The notes: generated from the letters alone by a model not told the origin. A DNA stretch of 24,012 nt from Candidatus Bathyarchaeia archaeon (GCA_050015395.1 JBEKBM010000032.1:1-24012); one strand, 5' to 3'; counted from the stretch's first letter, positions 7,770 through 17,727 are shown. Program-made: numbers and translations.

Positions 7770-8151
7770 GCTAATATATTGTGATGAGCCTGGACAGAAC
7801 CTCAAAAAAGCTCTAGAAAGTGACCTTGTCGAAGCTTGGACCACCGAACTGGCAGTTGCTGAGCTGAGGTATGTGCTCTGCAGAAAACTTGGATGGCATG
7901 AATCAACTGAAAGAGTAAACAAGCTACTTGCATCAGGATACATCAAAGTCGAAGACACACTAAAGTTAATCAACCAAGCTTCCAAAACTAAATGCAGACG
8001 AGCCATTTCTCTACCCGACTGCTTCACCATTGCTCTAGCCCATCAAATTGCAGGCAACGCACTTTTCGCCCGAAAAGAACAGGACCTAACAGCTGAAATG
8101 CACAAGGAACCGTTTGAAGTCAACATACTCTTTCTAGAAGATGAAAAGTAG
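7717..8151 (+). CDS. vapC: PIN-domain VapC toxin
   Basis: PIN acidic motifs AVDTSALI, AELRY, ISLPDCF, ARKEQDL. Start at ATG 7717 or TTG 7729. Confidence 0.9.
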   Translation: MKPDLKGKLAVDTSALIELIYCDEPGQNLKKALESDLVEAWTTELAVAELRYVLCRKLGWHESTERVNKLLASGYIKVEDTLKLINQASKTKCRRAISLPDCFTIALAHQIAGNALFARKEQDLTAEMHKEPFEVNILFLEDEK

Positions 8152-8153
8152 TG

Positions 8154-9056
8154 TTAACAAAATCTAGCGATGTTTGTTACGCCTCTAACCTTGTTTATGG
8201 CTAAACTGTACTGCGTCTTCAGGAAACTGTAAACAGCTTCTATATGCGGCCTCTTGTGACACTCCCTTTTCTGTTCTTCCGACCCGTAGGTTCGAAACTT
8301 CTTATCCACCCTCAGCAAGCCCTCGACGTTTCGCTTCTGGTTTGCTCGATACGGAATCACTGTCTTGTCAACAGCGTTTCTGAGTTTGCCGTCGCTGTAC
8401 TGGCTGTCAGCTATCACACTTCTCAATCTAGCCGCAGACCGTTTAAGAATCAGCTTCGTCTTCTCAAGCAGGTTCAGCGCGTGTTTCTGCTCGTTCTGGC
8501 TGGCCGAAGCAAAGGTGCAAGTCAAAGGAAGCATAGTCGCAGAATCGATGGATAAGTGTAGTTTATAGCCGAGTCCGGAGGTTCTGCCTGCTCTTCCAAC
8601 TCTGGCTTCTATGTCAGAGTAGCCTCTCTGATTATCCAGCGGGTCTCGTGTGCTCCACGCTTTTATGAAGGAAGCGTCAAACACAGCGTCAACTTCTTTC
8701 GCGCCGTTCTGTTGCATGAGCTTAACGACTTTCTCTTCTATTATGTTGATGAGGTTGTTTTCTCCGACTTTGCGGGTGAACCTGCTGAGAACACTTCTTG
8801 GATAGGCTGCTTCGTTTGGTTTTATGAGGCATAGTTTTCTTAGCCTTGGATCAGCATCGAGTAGTCTGGTCATTTCTCTTAGGCTGCGAACGCCCTTCAT
8901 GCGCATAACGATGAAGGTTCTGAAAAGCCCTAAAGGGTTTCTGGGATGCCTGCCCGGTCCAGAAGTGTGGAAGCAACCGCGTAAAACGGTTTGGGCAAAG
9001 CTTAAGTCAATGTTCTTGAAAAGGGTTTCAAGGGTCTCGTGTTCATCTTGTCCCGC
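8154..9056 (-). pseudogene. DDE transposase with lost start codon and truncated C-terminus
   Basis: DDE motifs VFDASFIKA, GYKLHL, IADSQY and KRPHIEAVYSFLK...KVRG. The frame is open for 50 codons upstream of 8906, back to a GCG sitting 6 nt after a perfect SD (GGAGGTGA). The frame ends abruptly a few residues after RG. Confidence 0.8.
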
Positions 9057-9142
9057 TTGGGCTCACCTCCTAAGCTTGGACGTAACTCATTTGATACGAG
9101 ACCCTTCTTCTCAAAATAAGCTTTTCAATTTCGGGACAAACC
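8154..9142 (-). mobile_element. Defective insertion sequence (IS5/IS1182-like DDE), one end retained
   Basis: Transposase frame plus a candidate terminal repeat GGTTTGTCCCGAAAT (9128-9142, minus strand). No matching repeat is visible at the distal end. Confidence 0.75.
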
Positions 9143-9275
9143 AGCGCGCTTCGTTGTGGTATGGATAGCGCAATCGAAAGTTTAGCTATTCCAAGTATTT
9201 GGAGAGAAAATCTATTAAGCTCATAAGTCCGTAGAAAGGCTATAATTCACCGTTGTCCAGCAAGAGTGAAAGAAG

Positions 9276-10319
9276 TTGCCAAGATACATAATAGTTGATG
9301 CTCATGAGGACATCGCATTTAACGCACTATCTCTGCAGCGAGACTTTCTTCAGGACATTTCCAAGCTCAGAAGCAAAAACTACTCGGAAAAGGAAGGAAC
9401 GCCTACAATCTGTCTTCCAGAGCTGCAAAAAGGGAATGTGCGAATAGTCTTTGCCACCATCTGGGTAGCCCCATGCGAGGCATCGCCTGTATCTAAAGGA
9501 TCTTGCTATAAGACGCCTGAGGAGGCGCATGCACAGGGAATGGCACAATTGGATTATTACAGGAGAATAGAACACAAAGGACTGATCAAGATCATTGAAA
9601 CAAAGACGCAGCTAAAGGAGCATCTATCTTCCAATACCAAATTAGGTCTTGTAATTCTAATGGAAGGAGCTGATCCAATACGCGCCCCAAATGAGCTAAA
9701 GGAATGGTTTGGGGCAGGAGTGAGGATAGTCGGTCCTGCCTGGCACAGAACTAAGTATAGCGGGGGAACCGGCGCTCCTGGTCCATTGAGCCAAGAAGGC
9801 AAAAAGCTGATGGCAGAGATGGAGAGTATTGGCCTGATTTTGGACACATCACACATGGCAGAAGAAAGTTTCTTCAACGCGCTTGATTTGTTTCATGGAC
9901 AGGTGATTGCAAGTCATGCTAACTGCCGTACCTTCATACCCACGGATAGACATCTAAGCGATGAGATGATCAAAGCATTAACCTCAAGAAATGGGGTAAT
10001 AGGCACCGTACTGTTCAACCAGTTTCTCGATTTTGACTGGGAAAAGAGAGGTAAGGTCAAGAATGAGGTCACTTTGTCCACTGTGATCAAACACATGAGA
10101 CATGTATGCGAACTGGCTGGAGACAGGCTTCACAGCGCAGTTGGCTCAGATTTCGACGGAGGATTTGGCATGGAAGCAGTACCGTCTGAAATTGACACCG
10201 TCGCAGACCTTCAAAAGCTAGGGAATGCACTAAGCAGCGAGGGATTTTCAGGTTCTGACGTTTCAAACATAATGGGTGGAAACTGGATAAGGCTCCTAGA
10301 AAGAGCTCTTCCACACTAA
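9276..10319 (+). CDS. Membrane/renal dipeptidase family (peptidase M19) amidohydrolase
   Basis: Metal and catalytic motifs VDAHED, LMEGAD, LDTSH, ASHAN, GSDFDG, MGGNWIR; TTG start. Confidence 0.93.
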   Translation: MPRYIIVDAHEDIAFNALSLQRDFLQDISKLRSKNYSEKEGTPTICLPELQKGNVRIVFATIWVAPCEASPVSKGSCYKTPEEAHAQGMAQLDYYRRIEHKGLIKIIETKTQLKEHLSSNTKLGLVILMEGADPIRAPNELKEWFGAGVRIVGPAWHRTKYSGGTGAPGPLSQEGKKLMAEMESIGLILDTSHMAEESFFNALDLFHGQVIASHANCRTFIPTDRHLSDEMIKALTSRNGVIGTVLFNQFLDFDWEKRGKVKNEVTLSTVIKHMRHVCELAGDRLHSAVGSDFDGGFGMEAVPSEIDTVADLQKLGNALSSEGFSGSDVSNIMGGNWIRLLERALPH

Positions 10320-10346
10320 TTCGAGTTAAGCCTGCAAAAAGGATCT

Positions 10347-10364
10347 ATGCGCGCTGGCGCGCAT
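10347..10364. repeat. GC-rich perfect inverted repeat at the hsdR breakpoint
   Basis: ATGCGCGC-tg-GCGCGCAT. Confidence 0.7.
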
Positions 10365-10612
10365 GGGATTCCCAAAATATCGATATGTATTTATTGTCTC
10401 GTCTGAGGGGAGTCGTAGTCATTCCTAACGGGTATGCTGGCTTGAAGTATTCCAGAATCTCTCTCCAGTTGTTTTCGTCCCGTGCGTTGCCCCCGATGGC
10501 ATTCGTCGACGATGATAGGGTCAAAGAAGTCTACTGGATAATCCCTAAAGAGTCCAAGCCTCCGCTCATCTCGCGCGATTGCCTGATAAGTGGCAAAATA
10601 AACCTCACGTTT
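10365..10612 (-). pseudogene. hsdR: Internal fragment of a type I restriction enzyme R subunit (EcoAI/EcoEI-like)
   Basis: The minus strand reads REVYFATYQAIARDERRLGLFRDYPVDFFDPIIVDECHRGNARDENNWREILEYFKPAYPLGMTTTPLRRDN, then a frameshift to RYFGNP. Helicase motif II (DECHR) is intact and motif III is degraded (TATP to TTTP). Confidence 0.9.
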
Positions 10613-10624
10613 CTCTGATTCTCA

Positions 10625-10637
10625 AAAAATATAAATA
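10625..10637 (+). promoter_or_regulatory. BRE/TATA promoter of the ABC permease operon
   Basis: AAAAATATAAATA ending 24 nt before ATG 10662, consistent with a leaderless transcript. Confidence 0.5.
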
Positions 10638-10661
10638 AGGCTGAGTTTTTATATAAAAAAC

Positions 10662-11690
10662 ATGTTTTCCGTAAGAGGGAGCGGGTTATTAATCTTCTTC
10701 TCGCGGAAAGTCGTTTTTTACGTGATCACTTTTTTCGTTTCGTTATCGTTGGTCTGGTTGTTACCACATTTAATGCCAGGAAATCCTGTAGCACATTTGG
10801 TTTTTAGTATAACTAGCGGTTCTGGGCAAACGGAAGTTTTGCACAGATTATATGTATATTGGGTCCAAAAATTTGGTCTAAATGAACCTCTAGATGTACA
10901 GTACGTTATTTTTATAAAAAATATGGTAACATTCAATTTTGGGCCATCAATCGTTGGCTATCCCACCATGGCATTAGCTGAAGTTTTATATGCCCTTCCA
11001 TGGAGCCTATTGTTATTGGGTTCTGCTGTCGTCGTTGGTTTGGTAGTTGGTGTCTACCTTGGGGCTGCTGCGGCTTTTCAAAAAGGGATATACGATAAAC
11101 TTCTTTATCCCTTCTTTCTAGTAGGATCAAACATGCCGTATTACTGGTTCGCATTAGTTCTGGTAGCTGTTTTTGCCGCGACGCTCCATATATTCCCCGC
11201 AGGATCAGCATGGAGTTCAAACTGGATACCACAATTGTCGTTTGGATTTATCCAGAACTTCCTTTGGCACTTCACGCTACCCTTCATATCTCTTGTAATC
11301 CCATACATTGGAAGTACAGCCATAATTATGAGAACAACGACACAATCCGAGATTAGCTCTGACTATATGGAGTACTCAGAAACACTAGGATTATCCAGGA
11401 TAAAACTTTTGAAGTACGCATTAAAGAATGCTTTATTGCCCTTACTAAGCCAGTTACCACTGTATCTTGGCGGGGCGTTTGCAGGTCAAATAGTTTTAGA
11501 GGTAGTGTTTAACTATCCAGGTATAGGCGAGTTAATATATAATTCAATCTTGAATAAGGATTTTAACGTAATACAGTGTGCCTTCACATTTATAATACTC
11601 GTGGTATTAGTAGGAAACTTTATGATAGATGTTCTCTATGTCTATGTTGACCCACGTATTCGCTTAGCCTACAAGGGAGAGAAGAGTTAA
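10662..11690 (+). CDS. dppB: DppB/OppB-family ABC permease
   Basis: MPGNP, FGLNEPLDVQY, EAA-like loop SSDYMEYSETLGLS, EVVFNYPGIG, VDPRIR. Confidence 0.93.
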   Translation: MFSVRGSGLLIFFSRKVVFYVITFFVSLSLVWLLPHLMPGNPVAHLVFSITSGSGQTEVLHRLYVYWVQKFGLNEPLDVQYVIFIKNMVTFNFGPSIVGYPTMALAEVLYALPWSLLLLGSAVVVGLVVGVYLGAAAAFQKGIYDKLLYPFFLVGSNMPYYWFALVLVAVFAATLHIFPAGSAWSSNWIPQLSFGFIQNFLWHFTLPFISLVIPYIGSTAIIMRTTTQSEISSDYMEYSETLGLSRIKLLKYALKNALLPLLSQLPLYLGGAFAGQIVLEVVFNYPGIGELIYNSILNKDFNVIQCAFTFIILVVLVGNFMIDVLYVYVDPRIRLAYKGEKS

Positions 11691-11692
11691 TA

Positions 11693-12544
11693 TTGGCTAA
11701 ATCTTCAAGGTTAACGTTTTTACGTTTCATACTTAAGCGTTCAAGAAGGCTTCAAATTGGATTATGTATATTTGGCTTTTTAGTGGTGTATTCTATAATC
11801 GGGTTGTTCTTACCCGCTAACGCAGGTGGCCCGAATTTTGCAGGTTATCAGCCACCTTCACTTGAGCATTTCTTTGGTACTGATGCTATTGGTCATGACA
11901 TATTTATTCAAACTCTTATAGGTTCTTGGTATTCTATGGAAATAGGTGTCATAGCAGGGTCAATAGCCACATTACTTGGAGTTGTTGTAGGCGGTTTTGG
12001 GGCATACTTCGGCAGGATAGTTGATGAAGTTGCAAGTGGTCTTACAAACGTCGTCATTACAATACCTACACTTGCGCTTCTGCTGGTTATAGCCTCATTT
12101 AGTGCAGTTCGCAGTCAGTGGACCATCATTTTTCTGATAGCGATTGTTTCTTGGCCTGCGACTGCACGTGCTATTCGTGCGCAGGTTCTCAGCCTTAAAA
12201 GTAGAGAGTTTGTAGATGTCGCTAAGCAATCAGGTTTAAGCAGAACTAGAGTTCTTGTCGCTGAGGTATTACCAAATATGCTTGGTTTCATTGTAATGTC
12301 GTTCGCAACGATGGTGGGGGGTGCCGTAATTGCAGAGTCCAGTTTGTCCGCTTTGGGCCTAGGTCCCTCTTCGGTGACTTCATTAGGAATAATATTATAT
12401 TGGGCTATCACATTTCAAGCCGCGGGTACTGGGATCTGGTGGTGGCTCCTACCGCCTGGTATTCTAATAACACTATATCCACTGTCATTATTACTCATAA
12501 AAGATGGGCTTGGTAATATTTTCAATCCAAGAACTAGGAAGTAG
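11693..12544 (+). CDS. dppC: DppC/OppC-family ABC permease
   Basis: PPSLEHFFGTDAIGHD, RAQVLSLKSREFV, ESSLSALGLG, WWWLLPPG, FNPR. Confidence 0.93.
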   Translation: MAKSSRLTFLRFILKRSRRLQIGLCIFGFLVVYSIIGLFLPANAGGPNFAGYQPPSLEHFFGTDAIGHDIFIQTLIGSWYSMEIGVIAGSIATLLGVVVGGFGAYFGRIVDEVASGLTNVVITIPTLALLLVIASFSAVRSQWTIIFLIAIVSWPATARAIRAQVLSLKSREFVDVAKQSGLSRTRVLVAEVLPNMLGFIVMSFATMVGGAVIAESSLSALGLGPSSVTSLGIILYWAITFQAAGTGIWWWLLPPGILITLYPLSLLLIKDGLGNIFNPRTRK

Positions 12545-12549
12545 AATAG

Positions 12550-13548
12550 ATGATGTCTGCTGCAGATTCGGGGGAAACAATCTCGCTTGAAGCAAAAAAT
12601 GTAACTGGACACTATATTTTACCAGAGGGAACCGTGCCTGTAGTAGAAAACTGCTCAATGCAGTTAAGAATGGGGGATACCTTTGGATTGTTAGGAGAAT
12701 CTGGATGCGGCAAAACAACATTCGGAAAATTGCTGCAAGGTTATGTTGTACCTCCGTTAAATTTAATTTCTGGAAGCGTAACTATTGATGGATTGGACAT
12801 ATTTAGTATGAGCTTGAGAGAAAGAAGTCGTAAAGTATGGGGAGTAAAGATAGCTAGGATTCCGCAGTATTCCATGAATTCTCTCAATCCAGTCAGTAAG
12901 ATTAATTCAATCGTAATAGATTTTATGAAATCAAAGATGCCTTCGATTTCTGAAAAAGAGGCTCTTTCAAAAGCTAAAGCGCGATTCGAAGAAGTTAAGC
13001 TTTCAGCTGACATATTGGATAGGTATCCTTTCGAGTTAAGTGGTGGAATGAAGCAACGTGTAGTTGTTATTGTCTCATCACTTCTCGATCCAAAAGTTAT
13101 AATTGCAGATGAACCTACTACTGCTTTAGATGTAACAATTCAACGCAGTCTAATCGAGTTTTTCTTCTTTTTAATAAAAAAGCGAGTGATCTCCTCGTTG
13201 TTAGTCATATCGCATGACATTGCAACTTTGAACCAGATATGCAATTACTTTTACGTTATGTACGCAGGTGAAATAGTTGAATATGGAAAAAGAGATGCGA
13301 TTATAAATGATCCTCTTCATCCTTATACGAAAGCTCTGATAAATACTATTCCAACTATAGATTCTAAAATCAAGGAAAGAAATTTAAAAGATATTCCTGG
13401 CTTTCCCCCTGATTTAAGATACCCGCTTAAAGGCTGTCGCTTTCATGAAAGATGCTCTTACTGTAATGAACAAAGATGTGAACTAGAAGAGCCTAAACTA
13501 TTAGAAGTTAAGAAAGGCAGATTCGTCAGATGTTGGCTATATGAGTAA
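12550..13548 (+). CDS. dppD: DppD/OppD-family ABC ATPase
   Basis: GESGCGKTT, YPFELSGGMKQR, IIADEPTTALD, HPYT, and the C-terminal Cys cluster GCRFHERC...RC...VRCW. Confidence 0.95.
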   Translation: MMSAADSGETISLEAKNVTGHYILPEGTVPVVENCSMQLRMGDTFGLLGESGCGKTTFGKLLQGYVVPPLNLISGSVTIDGLDIFSMSLRERSRKVWGVKIARIPQYSMNSLNPVSKINSIVIDFMKSKMPSISEKEALSKAKARFEEVKLSADILDRYPFELSGGMKQRVVVIVSSLLDPKVIIADEPTTALDVTIQRSLIEFFFFLIKKRVISSLLVISHDIATLNQICNYFYVMYAGEIVEYGKRDAIINDPLHPYTKALINTIPTIDSKIKERNLKDIPGFPPDLRYPLKGCRFHERCSYCNEQRCELEEPKLLEVKKGRFVRCWLYE

Positions 13549-13556
13549 GAGGCGAA

Positions 13557-14390
13557 GTGTCAATGGCAGAAAGATTGTTAAAGGTAGACAATTTAACTAA
13601 AACTTTTACAACAGGTTTTCTTAGAAGAGGATCGGAGACTATAGCTGTGAATAACATTAGTTTTGAAGTTAATTATGGACACATATCAGGCCTTGTAGGT
13701 GAAAGCGGTAGTGGTAAGACAACTGCTGCTGTGTTAATCTCTAAACTGTTAAAACCAACCAGCGGAAAGATCTACCTTAAAGGTAAAGAAATAAGGTCAA
13801 TACCAAATATTGAATATTATAGGCAGGTACAACTTCTCTTTCAAGATCCTTACTCCTCCTTCAATCCGATCTACAGAGTAAAGCATGGGCTTACGAATGT
13901 TTTTAAAGTACTTTCCCATGTGCCTAAAAATGAACAAGAGCAGAAAATTTTAGAAGTTCTCAATTTGGTTAGATTAACAGATGAAGTTTTGGATAAATTT
14001 CCCCATGAAGCCAGTGGAGGACAGTTGCAAAGAGCATCATTAGCGCGTGCACTCTTGATAAATCCAGATCTTTTAATTGTCGACGAGCCTACTAGCATGG
14101 TAGATGCTTCACTCAGGGTTACCATCCTGAACATTCTCCAGAATCTAGCCAGAAACTTGAATAAATCAATCATATTCATAACACATGATCTAAGCCAAGC
14201 TTTCTATCTTTGCGATGAGATAAATATAATGTACAAAGGCGAAATTGTAGAGAAAGGATCTACTAAAGAAGTAATTCTCAACCCTCAACACTCATATAGC
14301 AAAAGACTTATTGCCGACATCCCTAAACTAACTGAGAGATACGAAACATTACGCGATGACCAATCTGGAAACGTTATCACAAATATATAG
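13557..14390 (+). CDS. dppF: DppF/OppF-family ABC ATPase (short, no Cys tail)
   Basis: GESGSGKTT, FQDPYSSFNP, SGGQLQR, IVDEPTSMVDAS. Start at GTG 13557 or ATG 13563. Confidence 0.94.
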   Translation: MSMAERLLKVDNLTKTFTTGFLRRGSETIAVNNISFEVNYGHISGLVGESGSGKTTAAVLISKLLKPTSGKIYLKGKEIRSIPNIEYYRQVQLLFQDPYSSFNPIYRVKHGLTNVFKVLSHVPKNEQEQKILEVLNLVRLTDEVLDKFPHEASGGQLQRASLARALLINPDLLIVDEPTSMVDASLRVTILNILQNLARNLNKSIIFITHDLSQAFYLCDEINIMYKGEIVEKGSTKEVILNPQHSYSKRLIADIPKLTERYETLRDDQSGNVITNI

Positions 14391-14787
14391 CACTATTTTA
14401 TTTGAAACCCATAAAAATCTGTGATAGAAAGCAACCGAGGGAAAAAATGACCGTTAAGATCTGATAAGGGCAAAGATTTCTTTGAAGAATCTGACAACAA
14501 ACAAGAATGTCTATTTACAAAACATGCTCACATTACATATGGACACAAGAGCTCGTAGCTTAAGTAAGGCTAAATCTTTATCAAAACCTAAGAAAAACAG
14601 TGGTGATGCAGGAAATAGTTTTCTAGGTAATAGATAAAACGATGGAGAGAAATTGTGTATCTTTAGTTTAAAAGGTGCATCCCTTAAAATTGAATGAATG
14701 CTCCAAGAGAAGGATAAGCTATGAAAAAAGAGGAAGAAAACTACAGAGAAACAAAACAGATAAAAATGATGGTATTAAGTTCAATTT

Positions 14788-15837
14788 TCAGATGTTTTCC
14801 CATTTTCCTGATTCTGCGGATTTATAGACTGCGTCCATTATTTTGTTAACGATCAAGCCGTCTTTGAGCTCATGTCTAGGCGCTTTATCTTGTAAATAGC
14901 TCGCGACGATATGCTGCATCTGGGAAACCATGGCCTGCAGGTATTCTGCCATAACAACGCCACTAAAGAACCATCCTTTATCCACACCAGGGACATCCAT
15001 AAGTCTCTTTAAGATCTGAGCGTCTGAGGCAGTTGAGAAAACCTCCACACGAGGACAAGTCCCGATTGAAAAAGTGCCCTCTGTTCCAAGGATCTCTAGT
15101 TTAACTCTGTTACCAGGGCTAATAACTCCCCAGCTTGATTCACATTGGCTCATAGTTTCATCATATTTCACCAGAGCCAAACAGTAATCTTCAACTCCAG
15201 TTTCAATGGCTTGTTTGTTAACCAATGAATCAATCCAACCGAAAGCCTGAATCGGATTCTTCTTTCCAAGAAGCCAACGATGCGCTTCAATAGAGTGGCA
15301 TCCTAAGTCCATGAGGCATCCTCCTCCAGAAAGTTCCGGTTTAAAGCACCACGGAGAAGAAGGCCCACTGTTGCCTTCATAGAAACGCATCCATACTGGC
15401 TTACCTATAGCACCATTCTCCAAGCATCTTTTCGCTTCTTCGACCCAAGAGAAGAAAGAGTAATTTTCTAGATACGCGTTGAAGACGCCGTGTTTCTCAA
15501 CAGCCGAAACCATCTCTCCTGCTTCTTCAGCATTTCTTGCTAGTGGTTTCTCACAAAGAACCGCTTTGTGCTCCTCTGCTGCCAACACAACAGCTTTAGA
15601 GTGTAGAAATGGAGGAAGTCCAATGTCTATCACGTCAATTTCCGGTTCCTTACATAAATTCTCGATTTCAGTGAAGGTCTTGGAAATTCTCCATTTTTCA
15701 GCGAAGGGCTTTACGTCTTTTGGCAAGGCACATACAGCAACAACCTCCACTTCCGGGATTCTGTTATAGGCATACATATGAAAATCATGAATCGTACCTC
15801 CACCTGCTAATCCTATTTTTATCTTCTTCATTTCCAA
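14788..15837 (-). CDS. Gfo/Idh/MocA family NAD(P)-dependent oxidoreductase
   Basis: IGLAGGGTI, VLCEKPLA, SGGGCLMDLGCH. Confidence 0.93.
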   Translation of the reverse strand: MEMKKIKIGLAGGGTIHDFHMYAYNRIPEVEVVAVCALPKDVKPFAEKWRISKTFTEIENLCKEPEIDVIDIGLPPFLHSKAVVLAAEEHKAVLCEKPLARNAEEAGEMVSAVEKHGVFNAYLENYSFFSWVEEAKRCLENGAIGKPVWMRFYEGNSGPSSPWCFKPELSGGGCLMDLGCHSIEAHRWLLGKKNPIQAFGWIDSLVNKQAIETGVEDYCLALVKYDETMSQCESSWGVISPGNRVKLEILGTEGTFSIGTCPRVEVFSTASDAQILKRLMDVPGVDKGWFFSGVVMAEYLQAMVSQMQHIVASYLQDKAPRHELKDGLIVNKIMDAVYKSAESGKWENI

Positions 15838-15904
15838 AGTATCCTATTTTCTCTATTTTTACATTTTTATCTAAATAGTTATTTTTAAAGGTTTTTGAAG
15901 TGCA

Positions 15905-16765
15905 TCATAACCCTGCTGTAAACCATAAATTGCTTAAAGCCTTTCCAGCTGCTTTAGTTGCATCTAAAGTTGACATATTTTTAAGGCCTAAAGGTTCTGG
16001 AGTCACTGGACCGTCATATCCTATGCTATGAAGGCATCTAAGGAATCCAACCAGATTAATTACACCTGTCTCACCAGGTAAACATCTTTCGTCATCACGT
16101 AGATCCTCAACTGAGACTCCTTTGGGAGCATCGCTAACATGTACGTAGATAACTTGTTCTGGATCTAACTTTTCTATATCTCTTAGCGTTTCTTCTGCGG
16201 CATACCAGTGAAAAGAATCAAACAGTAAACCTACATTATTCATTCCGATAGCTTCGATTAAGCTAAGCATACCCTCCATATTGTAGATAAACTTGTACCT
16301 GTGGCCTTCCCGGAATTTTCTAGGTCCAACATATTCCAAGCCTAGTTTACAGTTTTGTTTTTTCAGAATCTCTGCGATAGGCCGTAGGCGTTCCACGTGC
16401 CAATCTAAATTCTTTTTAAATGGAAGTTTGTCGGAAAACGGCAGTACCCATGTATATGCTCGATTACAAGAAAATTGCTTTGCAATTGAGGCATAATTAG
16501 ACAAGTTTTTTAAATCCTTTTGAAAAGTCGATTCATCCTCATTCCATCCTACGGGTAGGATCCAACCTCCCAGTTTTAAATTGTTCCAAAAGCGTAACTT
16601 CTTTATTTCGTCTATAGTTTTTTCTTTCTCTAAGTTAGCCAACTCTTCAACGTTAATGTCTACCCCCTCAAAACCCGCTACCTTTGCTAGTTCACATGCC
16701 CTTTCTTGAGGAATTTGAAGATTTCGAATACCCTGGATGGCTAATGGATTTAAGTTTCGGAACAT
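15905..16765 (-). CDS. Sugar phosphate isomerase/epimerase, xylose-isomerase-like TIM barrel (AP_endonuc_2)
   Basis: Metal ligands in LGLEYVG, LLFDSFHW, VHVSDA, RCLPGETG, GYDGPVTPEP. ATG 16765 is the probable start. Confidence 0.9.
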   Translation of the reverse strand: MFRNLNPLAIQGIRNLQIPQERACELAKVAGFEGVDINVEELANLEKEKTIDEIKKLRFWNNLKLGGWILPVGWNEDESTFQKDLKNLSNYASIAKQFSCNRAYTWVLPFSDKLPFKKNLDWHVERLRPIAEILKKQNCKLGLEYVGPRKFREGHRYKFIYNMEGMLSLIEAIGMNNVGLLFDSFHWYAAEETLRDIEKLDPEQVIYVHVSDAPKGVSVEDLRDDERCLPGETGVINLVGFLRCLHSIGYDGPVTPEPLGLKNMSTLDATKAAGKALSNLWFTAGL

Positions 16766-16821
16766 TTTAAAGTGTAAACACTCTCCATAGATCAACGATT
16801 ATTTTATTCTTTTCAAACGAT

Positions 16822-17727
16822 CTAGGCAAGCACTTTTTTAAGGTTTTCGTCTACGTACCTCTTATTTTTGACTGCCGATTCTCTTGGATTCATGCTACCT
16901 TCACCATCAGCCTCTACAATGATCCATCCATCGTATTTTATCTCTTTGAGAGCTTTAACATAATCTTTGAGGTCAACTTCTCCGTTTCCAAGATCTACGT
17001 ATCGACGATCTTTTTCCCAAACGAACATATCATCGCGAGATTTTGCAATCATCCATCCCTTCCCGTGTACCCAATCCCGTTTATCTAGTACTTCAAACTC
17101 GGCTTTCGCGTCTTTCAAATGCACTAAACCGATTCTCTCTCCATAAGTTCGTATTACATCTGCAGCGCTGAAGCCAGCAAGATAATTCTGACCGGAATCT
17201 GGGCAAAGACAGACATATTCAGGGTCTGAATATTCCATAAATTTGTCAATTTGTTCTCTATTTTCGATAAGACCGTTCAGATGTGGGTGTACCACAGTTC
17301 TTACTCCGTTTTTAAGTGTTTCCTTACCGACTTTGTTAATGCAATCTGCAAAAATCCTTATCTTTTGATCGGTGACTGGATAATCAAAAGTAACGCCTTG
17401 ATGCATAACATCTACTACAAATAAATTGCAATTGCAATAACTGATAAACTCTGAAAGTAATTTCGCCTCTTCTATCACGTACCTTTGGTTTTTATAGTCT
17501 TGTAGAGATTTTCCGTACCAATAAAGAGATACCCATTCCAACTTTTTCTCTTCCAAATCACTTAAAAACTCGTCGACTGTTCCATAAACCCCACGTATCT
17601 TTTCAAATATGCCAGTATGACCACTCATAAGAGATAACCCTTCAAAACCCGCATAGGAAATATCTTCTAACTTTTTCCTAAATGGATCTTTCCACCACTC
17701 AGTTGCACCAGCACCCCACCGTATCAA
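16822..17727 (-). CDS. IolE/MocC-like TIM-barrel (inosose dehydratase-like)
   Basis: VVHPHLNGLIE, LCPDSGQ, LVHLKD, LGNGEVD, YDGWIIVEAD. Confidence 0.88.
   Translation of the reverse strand: MIRWGAGATEWWKDPFRKKLEDISYAGFEGLSLMSGHTGIFEKIRGVYGTVDEFLSDLEEKKLEWVSLYWYGKSLQDYKNQRYVIEEAKLLSEFISYCNCNLFVVDVMHQGVTFDYPVTDQKIRIFADCINKVGKETLKNGVRTVVHPHLNGLIENREQIDKFMEYSDPEYVCLCPDSGQNYLAGFSAADVIRTYGERIGLVHLKDAKAEFEVLDKRDWVHGKGWMIAKSRDDMFVWEKDRRYVDLGNGEVDLKDYVKALKEIKYDGWIIVEADGEGSMNPRESAVKNKRYVDENLKKVLA

Noticed and set aside
9141-10357. 9-bp inverted repeat CCAGCGCGC/GCGCGCTGG flanking the dipeptidase gene
   Set aside because: Too short, does not extend, and has no target-site duplication.
10385-10618. 77-aa plus-strand ORF
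   Set aside because: It is the antisense shadow of the hsdR fragment.
14391-14787. About 400-bp gap between convergent genes, checked for ncRNA or repeats
   Set aside because: A-rich with no stable structure, repeat or recognisable coding remnant.
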